From IMG/VR virus record IMGVR_UViG_2541047822_000005: DNA of 32,820 nt; one strand, 5' to 3'. Shown in pieces: positions 9,582 through 18,181 of this stretch (position 1 is the first letter of the stretch; every line of letters starts with the position of its first letter). The notes beneath the pieces were generated by a model. It saw nothing but the letters and a program-made list of their open reading frames with translations. It searched no databases and was not told the origin of the DNA. The stretch is from a virus (taxonomy: Duplodnaviria > Heunggongvirae > Uroviricota > Caudoviricetes). The translations under genes and the position numbers were made by a program.

Positions 9582-9607
9582 TTTTCATAAACGTTGGTTT
9601 GGGAGAA
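9582..9607. repeat. hix/gix-like inversion crossover site (left)
   Basis: TTTTCATAAACGTTGGTTTGGGAGAA is an inverted copy of the site at 11383-11408, sharing the 14-nt core TTCTCCCAAACCAA. Confidence 0.7.
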
Positions 9608-9913
9608 GCGGCAAAACGGAATGTGGGAACAGGGGAAAATCAGATACCTAGTATGTCAGAATGGACATCTGGGACAGGATGGAATAGAGACCCGTCGGGG
9701 AGAATAATACAGCGGGGATTTGCTATGGCATCAAATCAAACTAACATTTTATTCCCGATACCATTTCCGTATGACGATTTCGAAGTTATCGTTTGTGCAG
9801 CAGATACAGGAACAAATAAAGGGGCCGTAAATGTGTTGCAAAAATCGAGGCAGGGGTTTTCTGTTTCACAGGTTGGAAGTATGCCAGTCGCATACAGATG
9901 GATAGCGGGGTGA
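9608..9913 (+). CDS. silent alternative tail-fibre C-terminal segment
   Basis: Reading frame continuous through the crossover site; both copies encode GLGE in frame, so inversion would fuse this 102-codon segment to the constant part of H. Confidence 0.55.
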   Translation, partial: AAKRNVGTGENQIPSMSEWTSGTGWNRDPSGRIIQRGFAMASNQTNILFPIPFPYDDFEVIVCAADTGTNKGAVNVLQKSRQGFSVSQVGSMPVAYRWIAG

Positions 9914-10356
9914 TTGAAATGTATAAATTTGATCCAAAGAATGCATTATTCTATCCTGCTGCGTCAATTTCCGATTATAAATTGAGCGAAGATGAAATCG
10001 CCACATTCACTGATATTAGCGAGGAGGATGCAACCGAGTTTTTAGGATTCCCGCCGACTGGAAAAATCAGAGGGTCGGACGGTTATGGCAATCCTGCATG
10101 GGTTGAAATACCTCCACCATCACATGAGGAACTTATTGAACAGGCCGAATCAGAGAGGCAATTATTGATTAACCATGCCAACGAATACATGAACAGTAAA
10201 CAATGGCCTGGTAAAGCGGCTATTGGTCGTCTGAATGGTGAGGAACTGGCGCAATATAATTTGTGGCTGGATTATCTGAACGCACTGGAACTGGTTGATA
10301 CCTCCAGTCCGCCAGATATTGAATGGCCTACGCCTCCGGCAGTTCAGGCCAGATGA
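9898..10356 (+). CDS. alternative tail fibre assembly chaperone
   Basis: 152-aa ORF with Tfa-like translation, convergent with G inside the invertible segment. Confidence 0.75.
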   Translation: MDSGVIEMYKFDPKNALFYPAASISDYKLSEDEIATFTDISEEDATEFLGFPPTGKIRGSDGYGNPAWVEIPPPSHEELIEQAESERQLLINHANEYMNSKQWPGKAAIGRLNGEELAQYNLWLDYLNALELVDTSSPPDIEWPTPPAVQAR

Positions 10357-10936
10357 CATCCGGCGCGGTGCTGGTATCTGTTGCCGTCACCGCGTCAATG
10401 TAATCCAGCACAGCGTTAAGTCGGGTGGTTTCTGCCTGCGTCAGTTTACGTCCAGCCTGCAATTTCAGTTGAATCAGACTGATGGAAGCCATTGCAGTAT
10501 CAATCAGTGACTGACGCTGTGCTTCTGCCGTGTCTACTGCGGCGCTATGCTGTGCCTCGGTATCTGTCACCCATTTCTCACCATTCCATTCATCGTATGG
10601 AGTTAACGGGGCGATAGTGGTTGTATTTTCAGGATAATCACCCAGAGCTGTGATTTCTTTCGATTCTCCTGTTTCGGTGCTATAGACGATTTCACCGCGA
10701 TGGTCTGGCACATATTCCCATGAGTTAAAATCTGCAGAACGGCAAATTGCATAACCAGCTTCATATGAGCCAGGAGCATCTAAACAGGAATATGCGGGAA
10801 TGCCGACACCAATGGCAAGATATTCTGTTGATGTGGAAATATATTCCCGCGTTTCTCCGTTGTAGTTATAAACGGTAATGAAGCCAGGTTCCGTGGCGAA
10901 CCCGTTTTCATCTAAGGAAATTTCTTTTGCGGTCAT
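10328..10936 (-). CDS. G: tail fibre assembly protein G
   Basis: 202-aa ORF with Tfa-like translation directly downstream of H. Confidence 0.85.
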   Translation of the reverse strand: MTAKEISLDENGFATEPGFITVYNYNGETREYISTSTEYLAIGVGIPAYSCLDAPGSYEAGYAICRSADFNSWEYVPDHRGEIVYSTETGESKEITALGDYPENTTTIAPLTPYDEWNGEKWVTDTEAQHSAAVDTAEAQRQSLIDTAMASISLIQLKLQAGRKLTQAETTRLNAVLDYIDAVTATDTSTAPDVIWPELPEA

Positions 10937-12444
10937 TATACTGCCCTTACAATGTAGTTGAATGCGATGTTGCGCGGTCGGTTCTCTGACGCCGTGGGAA
11001 CAACATGGGATGCGTCAAAGTTAACATCTCTTGCAGTGCCGCCACTGTTAGAGTCAGAGGACGCGCTCCCCCTGATGCTCGTTGTGAATGCCCCTGAACC
11101 AGAAGGTTTAGTGTTAAATCTGACGTCAGCCAGCTGGCCGGTAATATTTCTTATTGCATCACCCTGCGCAGACAAAATAGTACGCCCAGAATCAACCCCG
11201 CGCCCGTCATCCCACCCACGAATAAACTCACCACGTAAATCTGGCAATTCATTTGTCGGATAAACTTTTGCCAGTTCCGGATACTCTTCGGCAGAAAAAG
11301 GCGCACCATTGCATTTCAGCCAGCCTGTTGGCGGAGTGGCTGAAGGCCACGGAACAGGCACACCAACGGGTAATGCCGAACCTTCTCCCAAACCAAGGTA
11401 TGTGAGAAGACCAGCTACATCCTTTCCACTCAAATTGGTAAGCGTATTGTCCAGCGGTTGTTTACCTGCCAGCGCATTAAGCATTGTCGTGGCAAAGTTC
11501 GGATCATTCCCCAGTGCCGCCGCCAGTTCGTTCAGTGTATCCAGTGCAGCAGGTGCAGAACCCACCATTCCTGCAATCGCCGATTTCACAAAAGCCGTAG
11601 TGGCAATCTGTGTATTGTTGACCGACTGCGCCGCCGTGGGGGCTGTTGGCGTTCCGGTGAGTGCCGGACTCGACAACGGTGCTTTTAGTGCCAGCGCATT
11701 GTTAATGGTGGTACTGAAATTCGGATCATTGTTAATGGCTGCGGCTATTTCTTTCAGCGTGTCCAGCGTGGCTGGCGCACCATTAATAAGGGCCGTCAGT
11801 GCCGCCTGTACAAACGCAGTGGTCGCAACCTGCGTGGTATTATTCCCCGCCGCTGGCGTTGGCGCTTTGGGGGTTCCGGTAAATGTCGGGCTGGCTTTTG
11901 GCGCGTACTGTGAATGCGGGTCCGGTGCGGCAAGATGTTTTGCCATCTGATCATCCGCGTACACCTTCAGCTCCAGTACCTTATCATCCACATACTTGCG
12001 GGTTGCCAGCACTACGGCAGGGTCGATTTTCAGGGTGATATTGTCCGTGCTGCTGGTAATCAACACCATACGCACGGTCTGGGTACGCCCGCTGCCTTCA
12101 GCCAGTTGCGGCTTATAGCTTTCCGGGCAGTTGCCCACGGCAATCAATGCCCCGGACTCATCAAACAGGCCCACTTCACGTATCCACCAACCGCCCTCGT
12201 TTTCAGGGATCACCTGTTCAGCAATAATCTGGCTGCTGTTCTGCGGGTCGATATAGAGCATATTCAGCGCAGCCCGGCGTTTCTCATTTACCAGTGCTGT
12301 CTGCTTTGCGTCCGGCGTTGGTAATGTTCCGCCGCCATCGCCGACCGCCATATGGGTAATTTTTAAAGGCACACCGAGCGCGGCGGCGCTGGCAAGTTTC
12401 GCCGCGCCAATATCCGTCAGCAGGGTATAAAATTTTGTGCTCAT
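10936..12444 (-). CDS. H: tail fibre protein H
   Basis: 502-aa ORF with a conserved gpH-like N-terminus, Ala/Thr/Asn-rich internal repeats, and a C-terminal part lying inside the invertible segment. Confidence 0.85.
   Translation of the reverse strand: MSTKFYTLLTDIGAAKLASAAALGVPLKITHMAVGDGGGTLPTPDAKQTALVNEKRRAALNMLYIDPQNSSQIIAEQVIPENEGGWWIREVGLFDESGALIAVGNCPESYKPQLAEGSGRTQTVRMVLITSSTDNITLKIDPAVVLATRKYVDDKVLELKVYADDQMAKHLAAPDPHSQYAPKASPTFTGTPKAPTPAAGNNTTQVATTAFVQAALTALINGAPATLDTLKEIAAAINNDPNFSTTINNALALKAPLSSPALTGTPTAPTAAQSVNNTQIATTAFVKSAIAGMVGSAPAALDTLNELAAALGNDPNFATTMLNALAGKQPLDNTLTNLSGKDVAGLLTYLGLGEGSALPVGVPVPWPSATPPTGWLKCNGAPFSAEEYPELAKVYPTNELPDLRGEFIRGWDDGRGVDSGRTILSAQGDAIRNITGQLADVRFNTKPSGSGAFTTSIRGSASSDSNSGGTARDVNFDASHVVPTASENRPRNIAFNYIVRAV
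11383..11408. repeat. hix/gix-like inversion crossover site (right, inside H)
   Basis: TTCTCCCAAACCAAGGTATGTGAGAA, inverted relative to the site at 9582-9607; both cross an in-frame G-L-G-E coding junction. Confidence 0.7.
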
Positions 12445-13046
12445 GGATTCACTCTCATTGTGTCAATAACATGGACCGCCCCGCCTTCATGCGCGGTGCC
12501 GCCGGAAATAATTGTTTCGTTGATATACGGATAGATCGTGATTTCTTCGCCAAGATAGCTGGCGGCTCCCACCCAATGCGGGCCGCTGGTCTGCAGATTG
12601 ATGGACATGCCGATCATGTGACGGCTACATGGTTTGGCATCGCTTATCAGTCGCTCAAGTTCCAGATAGGTATCTTCAGTGATGCCCTGGTCCTGCACGC
12701 CGATATCCAGGCGAAACGTGCCCGGTGCCTCTCCGGTCTGCCACCACTCAATAATGCGGATCAGAAAGCCGAACGGCTCCACCGCCCGCCGCACGGCACT
12801 GGTGGTCCCTTTATGCTGATGAATATAAAAAGCATCCTTCACCACCTGGCGCTTGACGCTTTCTGTCCAGCCCTCGTCCCAGCGATCCACAGAGAACGCC
12901 CAGGCGAGATAAGGCAGGAAACTGACCGGACAGGTTGCCGGATTCCACAAGTCACGCAGCGGCACCTGCAGATCAGAAATCCCGCTGCAGGTTTGCGCCA
13001 GTTGGCGCTCCAGTGGTGTTGAACCCGGTGGCAGCAGACTATTCAT
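12441..13046 (-). CDS. I: baseplate assembly protein I
   Basis: 201-aa ORF in the gpI position, overlapping J and H. Confidence 0.8.
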   Translation of the reverse strand: MNSLLPPGSTPLERQLAQTCSGISDLQVPLRDLWNPATCPVSFLPYLAWAFSVDRWDEGWTESVKRQVVKDAFYIHQHKGTTSAVRRAVEPFGFLIRIIEWWQTGEAPGTFRLDIGVQDQGITEDTYLELERLISDAKPCSRHMIGMSINLQTSGPHWVGAASYLGEEITIYPYINETIISGGTAHEGGAVHVIDTMRVNP

Positions 13047-13986
13047 CCGTTCCTCCGTTGGTTACGCTCCACTGCGTACATGATGCCGCCTGTGTTTTGT
13101 TCAGGACCACATCCGCCAGCGGCGAAGCCAGCTCCACACGCTGCACTCCCTCAACATGCAGGGCGGCAAAGATGGCGCTACGGCGAATATCCCGACCAAG
13201 ACGCGTCTGACTGGCGATGTACTTCTGCAGGCTGGCTTTTGCCGCTGCCATTACCGGCTCTGCTTCCGGTCCCGGATAGAGAAAAATGGTGGCTTCCACG
13301 CGATACGGGATGATTTCTGCGCTGCGAACCGTAAGACGGTCAGCCACCGGGCGGACGTTCTCACTGTTCAGAGCTTTTTCCACCACGTCCAGCAGGTCTT
13401 TTTCTGCAGTTCCATCGCCTTCGCGGCTAAGGACAGTCAGCACCACCTCTGCAGGTGCCGGGCTGGTTGCACTGGCATCCGCCACCCGACCGTCGGCGCT
13501 TCGGGCATGAAATTCATAAGCTGCAGTTGGCCCCGCAACTGAAAGCCCTTCAAAGGCTGCAGGCACACGCAGGCGTAACGCTTCATCGCTTTCCATCACA
13601 GCAGCAACGGGCGGCACAGCGTCATTATCAGCAGGCGTTACCGTCAGGCGTTTCACGTTGTAGTTGGCAGCGAGCTGGTCAAGATCGCTGCCCATCGCGT
13701 AAGCCACCATCACCGCCTGCGCGGCTTCGTTAATGCGCTGGCGCAGAAGCAACTCACGGTAAGCGTTCTCCTGCAGCAATTTGGTGACGGGTTCAGATTC
13801 CAGTTCCAGCGTGCGGATCACTGCTTCCTGCTCATCTTTCGGATGAAGCGCAACAAATTCGGCCTTGCGTTCGGCAAGCAGCGTCTCAAAGTCCGGCACA
13901 TCCACAATCTGCGGCGCAGGCAACTGCGAAAGGTCAATCACTGCCATTCTCTGCTCCTGTTGATACGGAAAGGGAAACAGGCACAC
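13039..13986 (-). CDS. J: baseplate protein J
   Basis: 315-aa ORF with gpJ-like translation. Confidence 0.85.
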   Translation of the reverse strand: MCLFPFPYQQEQRMAVIDLSQLPAPQIVDVPDFETLLAERKAEFVALHPKDEQEAVIRTLELESEPVTKLLQENAYRELLLRQRINEAAQAVMVAYAMGSDLDQLAANYNVKRLTVTPADNDAVPPVAAVMESDEALRLRVPAAFEGLSVAGPTAAYEFHARSADGRVADASATSPAPAEVVLTVLSREGDGTAEKDLLDVVEKALNSENVRPVADRLTVRSAEIIPYRVEATIFLYPGPEAEPVMAAAKASLQKYIASQTRLGRDIRRSAIFAALHVEGVQRVELASPLADVVLNKTQAASCTQWSVTNGGTDE

Positions 13987-14293
13987 CGTTATTACGCCGC
14001 CCGTTCAGCGCCACCACCATTGAACCGTCAAAATTGCTGTTGATGGTGATGGAATCCAGCGTCATCCGTGGCTCCCAGCGACTCAGCGCCACATACACTG
14101 CCGACATGACCTGCAGGCGTAATGCCGGATTTTGTGGCTGGTCTATCAGTGCCGACAGCAGGGAACCATATTCACGACGAGCAATGCGGCTACCCTGCGG
14201 CGTCAGCAGAATGTCCCGCACCGACTGGCGCAGATGGTCAATATCAGTAATGACTTTGCCGCTGGTATTGTTCATCCCACTATAAAGCGTCAT
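13934..14293 (-). CDS. W: baseplate wedge protein W
   Basis: 119-aa ORF with gpW-like translation (GP25-like fold by position). Confidence 0.8.
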   Translation of the reverse strand: MTLYSGMNNTSGKVITDIDHLRQSVRDILLTPQGSRIARREYGSLLSALIDQPQNPALRLQVMSAVYVALSRWEPRMTLDSITINSNFDGSMVVALNGRRNNGVPVSLSVSTGAENGSD

Positions 14294-14868
14294 ACCGGGC
14301 CTCCGGTTGTATCGCCGCCTTTCAGGACGCCAGTATGCTGATGCGCATCAACCACGATCCCGTTAGAACTCATCGCTCCGCCGCCCTGGGTAACGCCACC
14401 ATTGATCACCACTTCGCTGTTAATGCGCGTGCGGTCAGCCTCCAGTACAAACTCACTGGTTTTCATGGTGATGTTGTCAGCGGCCTCAATGACCATTGAT
14501 TTGATGCCCCTGACATACCAGCGCCCGGTGGCGGGTTCGTATTCAAACCAGCCACCGTCAGGATGTTCTGTCACGCAGGCGTCTGCCGACGTCGACGGTG
14601 GTGCGAACTGATTCGAATAGACAGCGGGCAGCGCAAAGGCAGTTTCCAGATTGCCGCCCAGACTCAGTAGCACCACCTGCTCACCTTCCGATGGTTTCCA
14701 CCATGTGCGGGCATTACCCGCGCGCAGCGTCAGCCAGTTAATCCAGTTGGTTTCAAGGTCGCCCGTTTTCACCCGACAAAGCCAGTGTTCCCGGTCCACT
14801 TCGGTGACTACACCAGTGCGGATCAGATTGGTGATAAGGCGCATGATTTCGGTTAATTGTGCGTTCAT
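14290..14868 (-). CDS. V: baseplate spike protein V
   Basis: 192-aa ORF in the gpV position; start overlaps the W stop. Confidence 0.8.
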   Translation of the reverse strand: MNAQLTEIMRLITNLIRTGVVTEVDREHWLCRVKTGDLETNWINWLTLRAGNARTWWKPSEGEQVVLLSLGGNLETAFALPAVYSNQFAPPSTSADACVTEHPDGGWFEYEPATGRWYVRGIKSMVIEAADNITMKTSEFVLEADRTRINSEVVINGGVTQGGGAMSSNGIVVDAHQHTGVLKGGDTTGGPV

Positions 14869-14914
14869 AGGGAAAGGTTGCCATCAGGGGAAGAAAGGCG
14901 GCAGTGCTGCAACT

Positions 14915-14932
14915 TGTATCAGTGCTGATACA
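14915..14932. promoter_or_regulatory. putative Ogr-dependent late promoter element (TGT-N12-ACA) for the V operon
   Basis: Perfect palindrome TGTATCAGTGCTGATACA about 50 bp upstream of the V start, at the S/V junction where P2 has its PV promoter. Confidence 0.5.
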
Positions 14933-14936
14933 AAGA

Positions 14937-15383
14937 TCACCCCGCCAGCCATTGCAGAATCATGTCGCGGGTCATTGCCTCAACATCATCATTTACACCC
15001 AGCAGGCGGCGCTCTGCGTAACGGACCTCCGGTCCTTTGCGACTGACGCGATCACGCAGGCCGTAATGGTGAACACGGGCAATACGCTGCACCTTGCCTT
15101 CAAACTGTACACTGGCAGAGTCGGCGCTGGCGGCAGTTTTCAGGTATTTTGTGGTGCGCAGCTTTGCAAACATCTGACGTTTGATGCGCCCCTTCTTGCT
15201 GCGTGCTGTTACCCTGCGGGGTTCATAACTGCTGCCATCTGGATTGCGCTGCATCCTGATATTCTGCTGCTGTGTCCGGCGCAGTTCCTGCGCCAGCTGG
15301 CGCATCATGCGGCTTCTCGTGGCTGGTTCCAGATTCGCCAGCAAGGCACTCAGCCAGTCGTCCACCTTCTGCAGTTCAGCCAC
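14937..15383 (-). CDS. S: tail completion protein S
   Basis: 148-aa ORF in the gpS position. Confidence 0.8.
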   Translation of the reverse strand: MAELQKVDDWLSALLANLEPATRSRMMRQLAQELRRTQQQNIRMQRNPDGSSYEPRRVTARSKKGRIKRQMFAKLRTTKYLKTAASADSASVQFEGKVQRIARVHHYGLRDRVSRKGPEVRYAERRLLGVNDDVEAMTRDMILQWLAG

Positions 15384-15828
15384 GTTTCACCGTCCACATT
15401 TCTTCAGGTTCATCGGGTTCTGCTACAGCTTCAACGCTCGACACACTGCCGTCAGTGCTGACCAGCACACGCTCCGTCAGTTGCAGGTTGAGGCTGATAT
15501 CACAGACATCGTTGCGCAGAATATCCACCTCAAAGGTGAATAGCTTTTCCCGTAACGCCGGGTTATTGATGGCATCGGGCTGGTTATCACGCAGCCACAG
15601 CAAAACCGGGGCCATCAGCAGATTCTGGTCGCCGCTGAAATCCTCAATCACCACGTTCAGGGTGTAGCGGTACTCCCATGACATGGAGCTGGCCCCCGTG
15701 GCAACCAGCGAACCGTTATCCACAAACAGATGCAGTTTGTCCGGGTTATTGCGGACATAAGGCACCGCTTTATTGAGGGCGTGGCGCAGGGATTGTGGTT
15801 TGTTCACTGTTTCGCTCCTGACACGCAA
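15376..15828 (-). CDS. R: tail completion protein R
   Basis: 150-aa ORF in the gpR position. Confidence 0.8.
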   Translation of the reverse strand: MRVRSETVNKPQSLRHALNKAVPYVRNNPDKLHLFVDNGSLVATGASSMSWEYRYTLNVVIEDFSGDQNLLMAPVLLWLRDNQPDAINNPALREKLFTFEVDILRNDVCDISLNLQLTERVLVSTDGSVSSVEAVAEPDEPEEMWTVKRG

Positions 15829-16060
15829 TAATCATGTCCACTTTGTCTGCACAGACCGCCCAGGCGGCCTCAGTTTCATCCAGCAACGCATTCAGATCAC
15901 CGTTAGTGCGCGGTGCTGCCTGCTCCAGCCGACACGGCGTCACTCGCGGACAACCACTGACGGTAAGCTGCACCTCCGGTGAGTGCCGGACGTTCCCGCA
16001 GCCGGATAATGTCAACAGGCAAAGGAGTATCAGCCCAGTGGCGTAAATCCTCGTTCTCAC
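15770..16060 (-). CDS. lysC: LysC, Rz1-like outer-membrane lipoprotein (o-spanin)
   Basis: ORF in an alternative frame beginning inside lysB and running into R; N-terminal hydrophobic leader with lipobox LTLSGC; Pro-rich C-terminus. Start uncertain. Confidence 0.6.
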   Translation of the reverse strand: MRTRIYATGLILLCLLTLSGCGNVRHSPEVQLTVSGCPRVTPCRLEQAAPRTNGDLNALLDETEAAWAVCADKVDMIIACQERNSEQTTIPAPRPQ

Positions 16061-16331
16061 GTTTCAGTTCCTCAATCCGGCGTTGTCGTTGTCTCAGCAG
16101 TGCGCTGGTCTGTTCTGCTTCGGCATAGAGCCGCGCCTGCTCCCGGTTATTGGTTTCAGTCAGAATGGACAGGCTGATAAGCTGGCTGTTGCTCTTTGCC
16201 AGTGCCTGGCTTTTGCTCTGCAGCTCGTCCGCCTGCGTGCTGATGGTCCGGCTGGCATCAGCCAGCCGCCACGTCTGCCAGCCCAGCGCCACCAGTAATA
16301 ACGCCAGCACAACCAGCAGCAACCGGTTCAT
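15903..16331 (-). CDS. lysB: LysB, Rz-like inner-membrane spanin
   Basis: 142-aa ORF with an N-terminal transmembrane segment and a coiled-coil, charged periplasmic domain. Confidence 0.8.
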   Translation of the reverse strand: MNRLLLVVLALLLVALGWQTWRLADASRTISTQADELQSKSQALAKSNSQLISLSILTETNNREQARLYAEAEQTSALLRQRQRRIEELKRENEDLRHWADTPLPVDIIRLRERPALTGGAAYRQWLSASDAVSAGAGSTAH

Positions 16332-16747
16332 GCTGCTACCTGTTGCGCCATCTGGTTACGGGTGATCCAGAAGACAATAACGGTCAGCAGATAAAGGACC
16401 AGGGTAATGGTCCACCCCGTCCAGGCGAGACTGACAACAATCAGCAATCGCATCACCCAGCTGATAAATACGTTTTCTTTTCGGGTAATGGTCTTCAGCA
16501 AAGATGCCCTCAACTCCTGCCAGAGCGGGCCGTTCTTAATTAACGCAGCCAGTGCTACCGGAATTGCCACCCATGTCAGCAGACAGGCTACCCAGACACC
16601 GGACGCTGCCAGTACCGGAAAAATCCCCTGCGGATACACCATTGCTGCGATCAACAGCGCCATCCATAACATCAGAAACAGCCCGCTGATTAATTTCTTT
16701 TTCATTTCAGTTTGCTCCCTGTAAGCACCAGGCCATCTCCCGCGCAC
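16328..16747 (-). CDS. lysA: LysA-like membrane protein (lysis timing)
   Basis: Multi-pass hydrophobic ORF between the endolysin and lysB; true start probably the internal MKKKLISGL. Confidence 0.7.
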   Translation of the reverse strand: MRGRWPGAYREQTEMKKKLISGLFLMLWMALLIAAMVYPQGIFPVLAASGVWVACLLTWVAIPVALAALIKNGPLWQELRASLLKTITRKENVFISWVMRLLIVVSLAWTGWTITLVLYLLTVIVFWITRNQMAQQVAA

Positions 16748-17219
16748 GGCGGTTATCCAGCCCCTGATTAAAAATACCTTTCACATAAACCCAGCGCGGC
16801 AACTGTCGGCACGCATCCGCCCAGCGCCGCTGGTTGAGTAATTTCACCAGCGTGGAACTGCAGGCATTGCCCGTTCCCACGTTGAAGGCAAACGACACCG
16901 CAGCGTCATACACCTTCTGCGGCGGCTGTTGCTTCACACACCTTTCCAGCGCCCGCTCCACACGCAGCACGTTAGAGATCAGCCCTTCCGCTGCCTGTCG
17001 TTCCGTAATGGTTTTGCCGGGAATGACGCCAGACGTATTACCAATGCCGTCGGTCCAGACACCCGCGCTGCACTGATACGGCTGCAGACGACAGCCTTCG
17101 TAATCGGCAATCAGTTTCAGCCCCTCCACGGAGGTGTGAAGCTGCTGAAAACCCGGCAGCGTGGCAGCAATAGCCAGCACGGCCCCGACAAGGCAGCGTT
17201 TAACGATTGATGGATTCAT
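16707..17219 (-). CDS. K: endolysin, T4-lysozyme-like, probably with signal-anchor-release N-terminus
   Basis: 170-aa ORF with a hydrophobic N-terminal stretch (CLVGAVLAIAATLPGF) followed by a lysozyme-like E...D...T catalytic region. Confidence 0.8.
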   Translation of the reverse strand: MNPSIVKRCLVGAVLAIAATLPGFQQLHTSVEGLKLIADYEGCRLQPYQCSAGVWTDGIGNTSGVIPGKTITERQAAEGLISNVLRVERALERCVKQQPPQKVYDAAVSFAFNVGTGNACSSTLVKLLNQRRWADACRQLPRWVYVKGIFNQGLDNRRAREMAWCLQGAN

Positions 17220-17415
17220 AGTCCTCCCGCGAGATCTGCCCGTCGCGCAGAAGCTGGTAGGCTTTGTGTTTGTAGTACCAGTTGATAGCCAGCATCAGCA
17301 CACCAATCATCAGGCCGCCCAGCGTTGAGGCATCCTTGATGGACAAATCGCCCAGCCAGGCCAGCACGACGGCGATGCAATACGTGATAAAGGCGCTGAT
17401 TCGCTCAAGCGTCAT
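17200..17415 (-). CDS. Y: holin (small two-TMD, pinholin-like)
   Basis: 71-aa ORF with two hydrophobic helices and a charged C-terminus, immediately upstream of the endolysin. Confidence 0.75.
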   Translation of the reverse strand: MTLERISAFITYCIAVVLAWLGDLSIKDASTLGGLMIGVLMLAINWYYKHKAYQLLRDGQISREDYESINR

Positions 17416-17418
17416 AAT

Positions 17419-17622
17419 TCAGTCCCATAGCTGGACGGTCTGCACGGTGGTGGTTGTCGGAATGTCCGGCAGCTCCACCTGCAGCCCGTGAGGTAAAAAG
17501 GGGCCGTATTCGGCAAGCCCCGGATTTGCCTTCAGTACCTGCTCCGTGACACCCTGCGTGCGCCCGTAATGACGCCAGCAAAGTGCGTCCACCGTGTCAT
17601 ACTGATGCGCACGCACTTTCAT
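17419..17622 (-). CDS. X: tail protein X
   Basis: 67-aa ORF in the gpX position between L and the holin. Confidence 0.75.
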   Translation of the reverse strand: MKVRAHQYDTVDALCWRHYGRTQGVTEQVLKANPGLAEYGPFLPHGLQVELPDIPTTTTVQTVQLWD

Positions 17623-18149
17623 CAGATAAGCTCCACTGTGCAGTGCGGCGCATCCTGCACCCGGCTGATGGCCCAGCGGGCGTCACGCCATAAATCACCG
17701 CTTGCTTCCGCCAGTTCCTCGCCTCGCTTCGCACCGGATGCCGTGGCGTCATAGTCCTGGTAACGTTCGTTGAGCATGGCGCGTGCCCAGCAGTAAACCG
17801 CGTTGAAATAGTGCTGAATGCGCTCGCTTTTGCCGTCCAGCTGCTCCGCCGGGACTTCTGCCAGCGAGGCATACCCCAGCATCTGCTGGCGTCTGCGAAA
17901 CTCATACAGCTCTGCGTTGACCTCCGAAATTGCCGACAGGGCAACCTGTTTTAAACGCGGCTGCGTCACCGTGCCGTCAGTGCGCATCACACTGCGAAAC
18001 TCCGACAGGTCCACATCAGGCCAGAACGGCGTATTCCTGATGATTTCCGCCTGTTCCGGTGCCTGTTCTGGCGCAACAAACTTCATGCTGCTTTCTCCTG
18101 AAATAGAGGGCGGTGGACGGGGTTTTGATGTGGCAGTGCCTTTCGCCAC
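17622..18149 (-). CDS. L: head completion/stabilisation protein L
   Basis: 175-aa ORF in the gpL position. Confidence 0.8.
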   Translation of the reverse strand: MAKGTATSKPRPPPSISGESSMKFVAPEQAPEQAEIIRNTPFWPDVDLSEFRSVMRTDGTVTQPRLKQVALSAISEVNAELYEFRRRQQMLGYASLAEVPAEQLDGKSERIQHYFNAVYCWARAMLNERYQDYDATASGAKRGEELAEASGDLWRDARWAISRVQDAPHCTVELI

Positions 18150-18181
18150 CCCGTGCCGCCCGTGCGCGGGGGCACGTTCTG

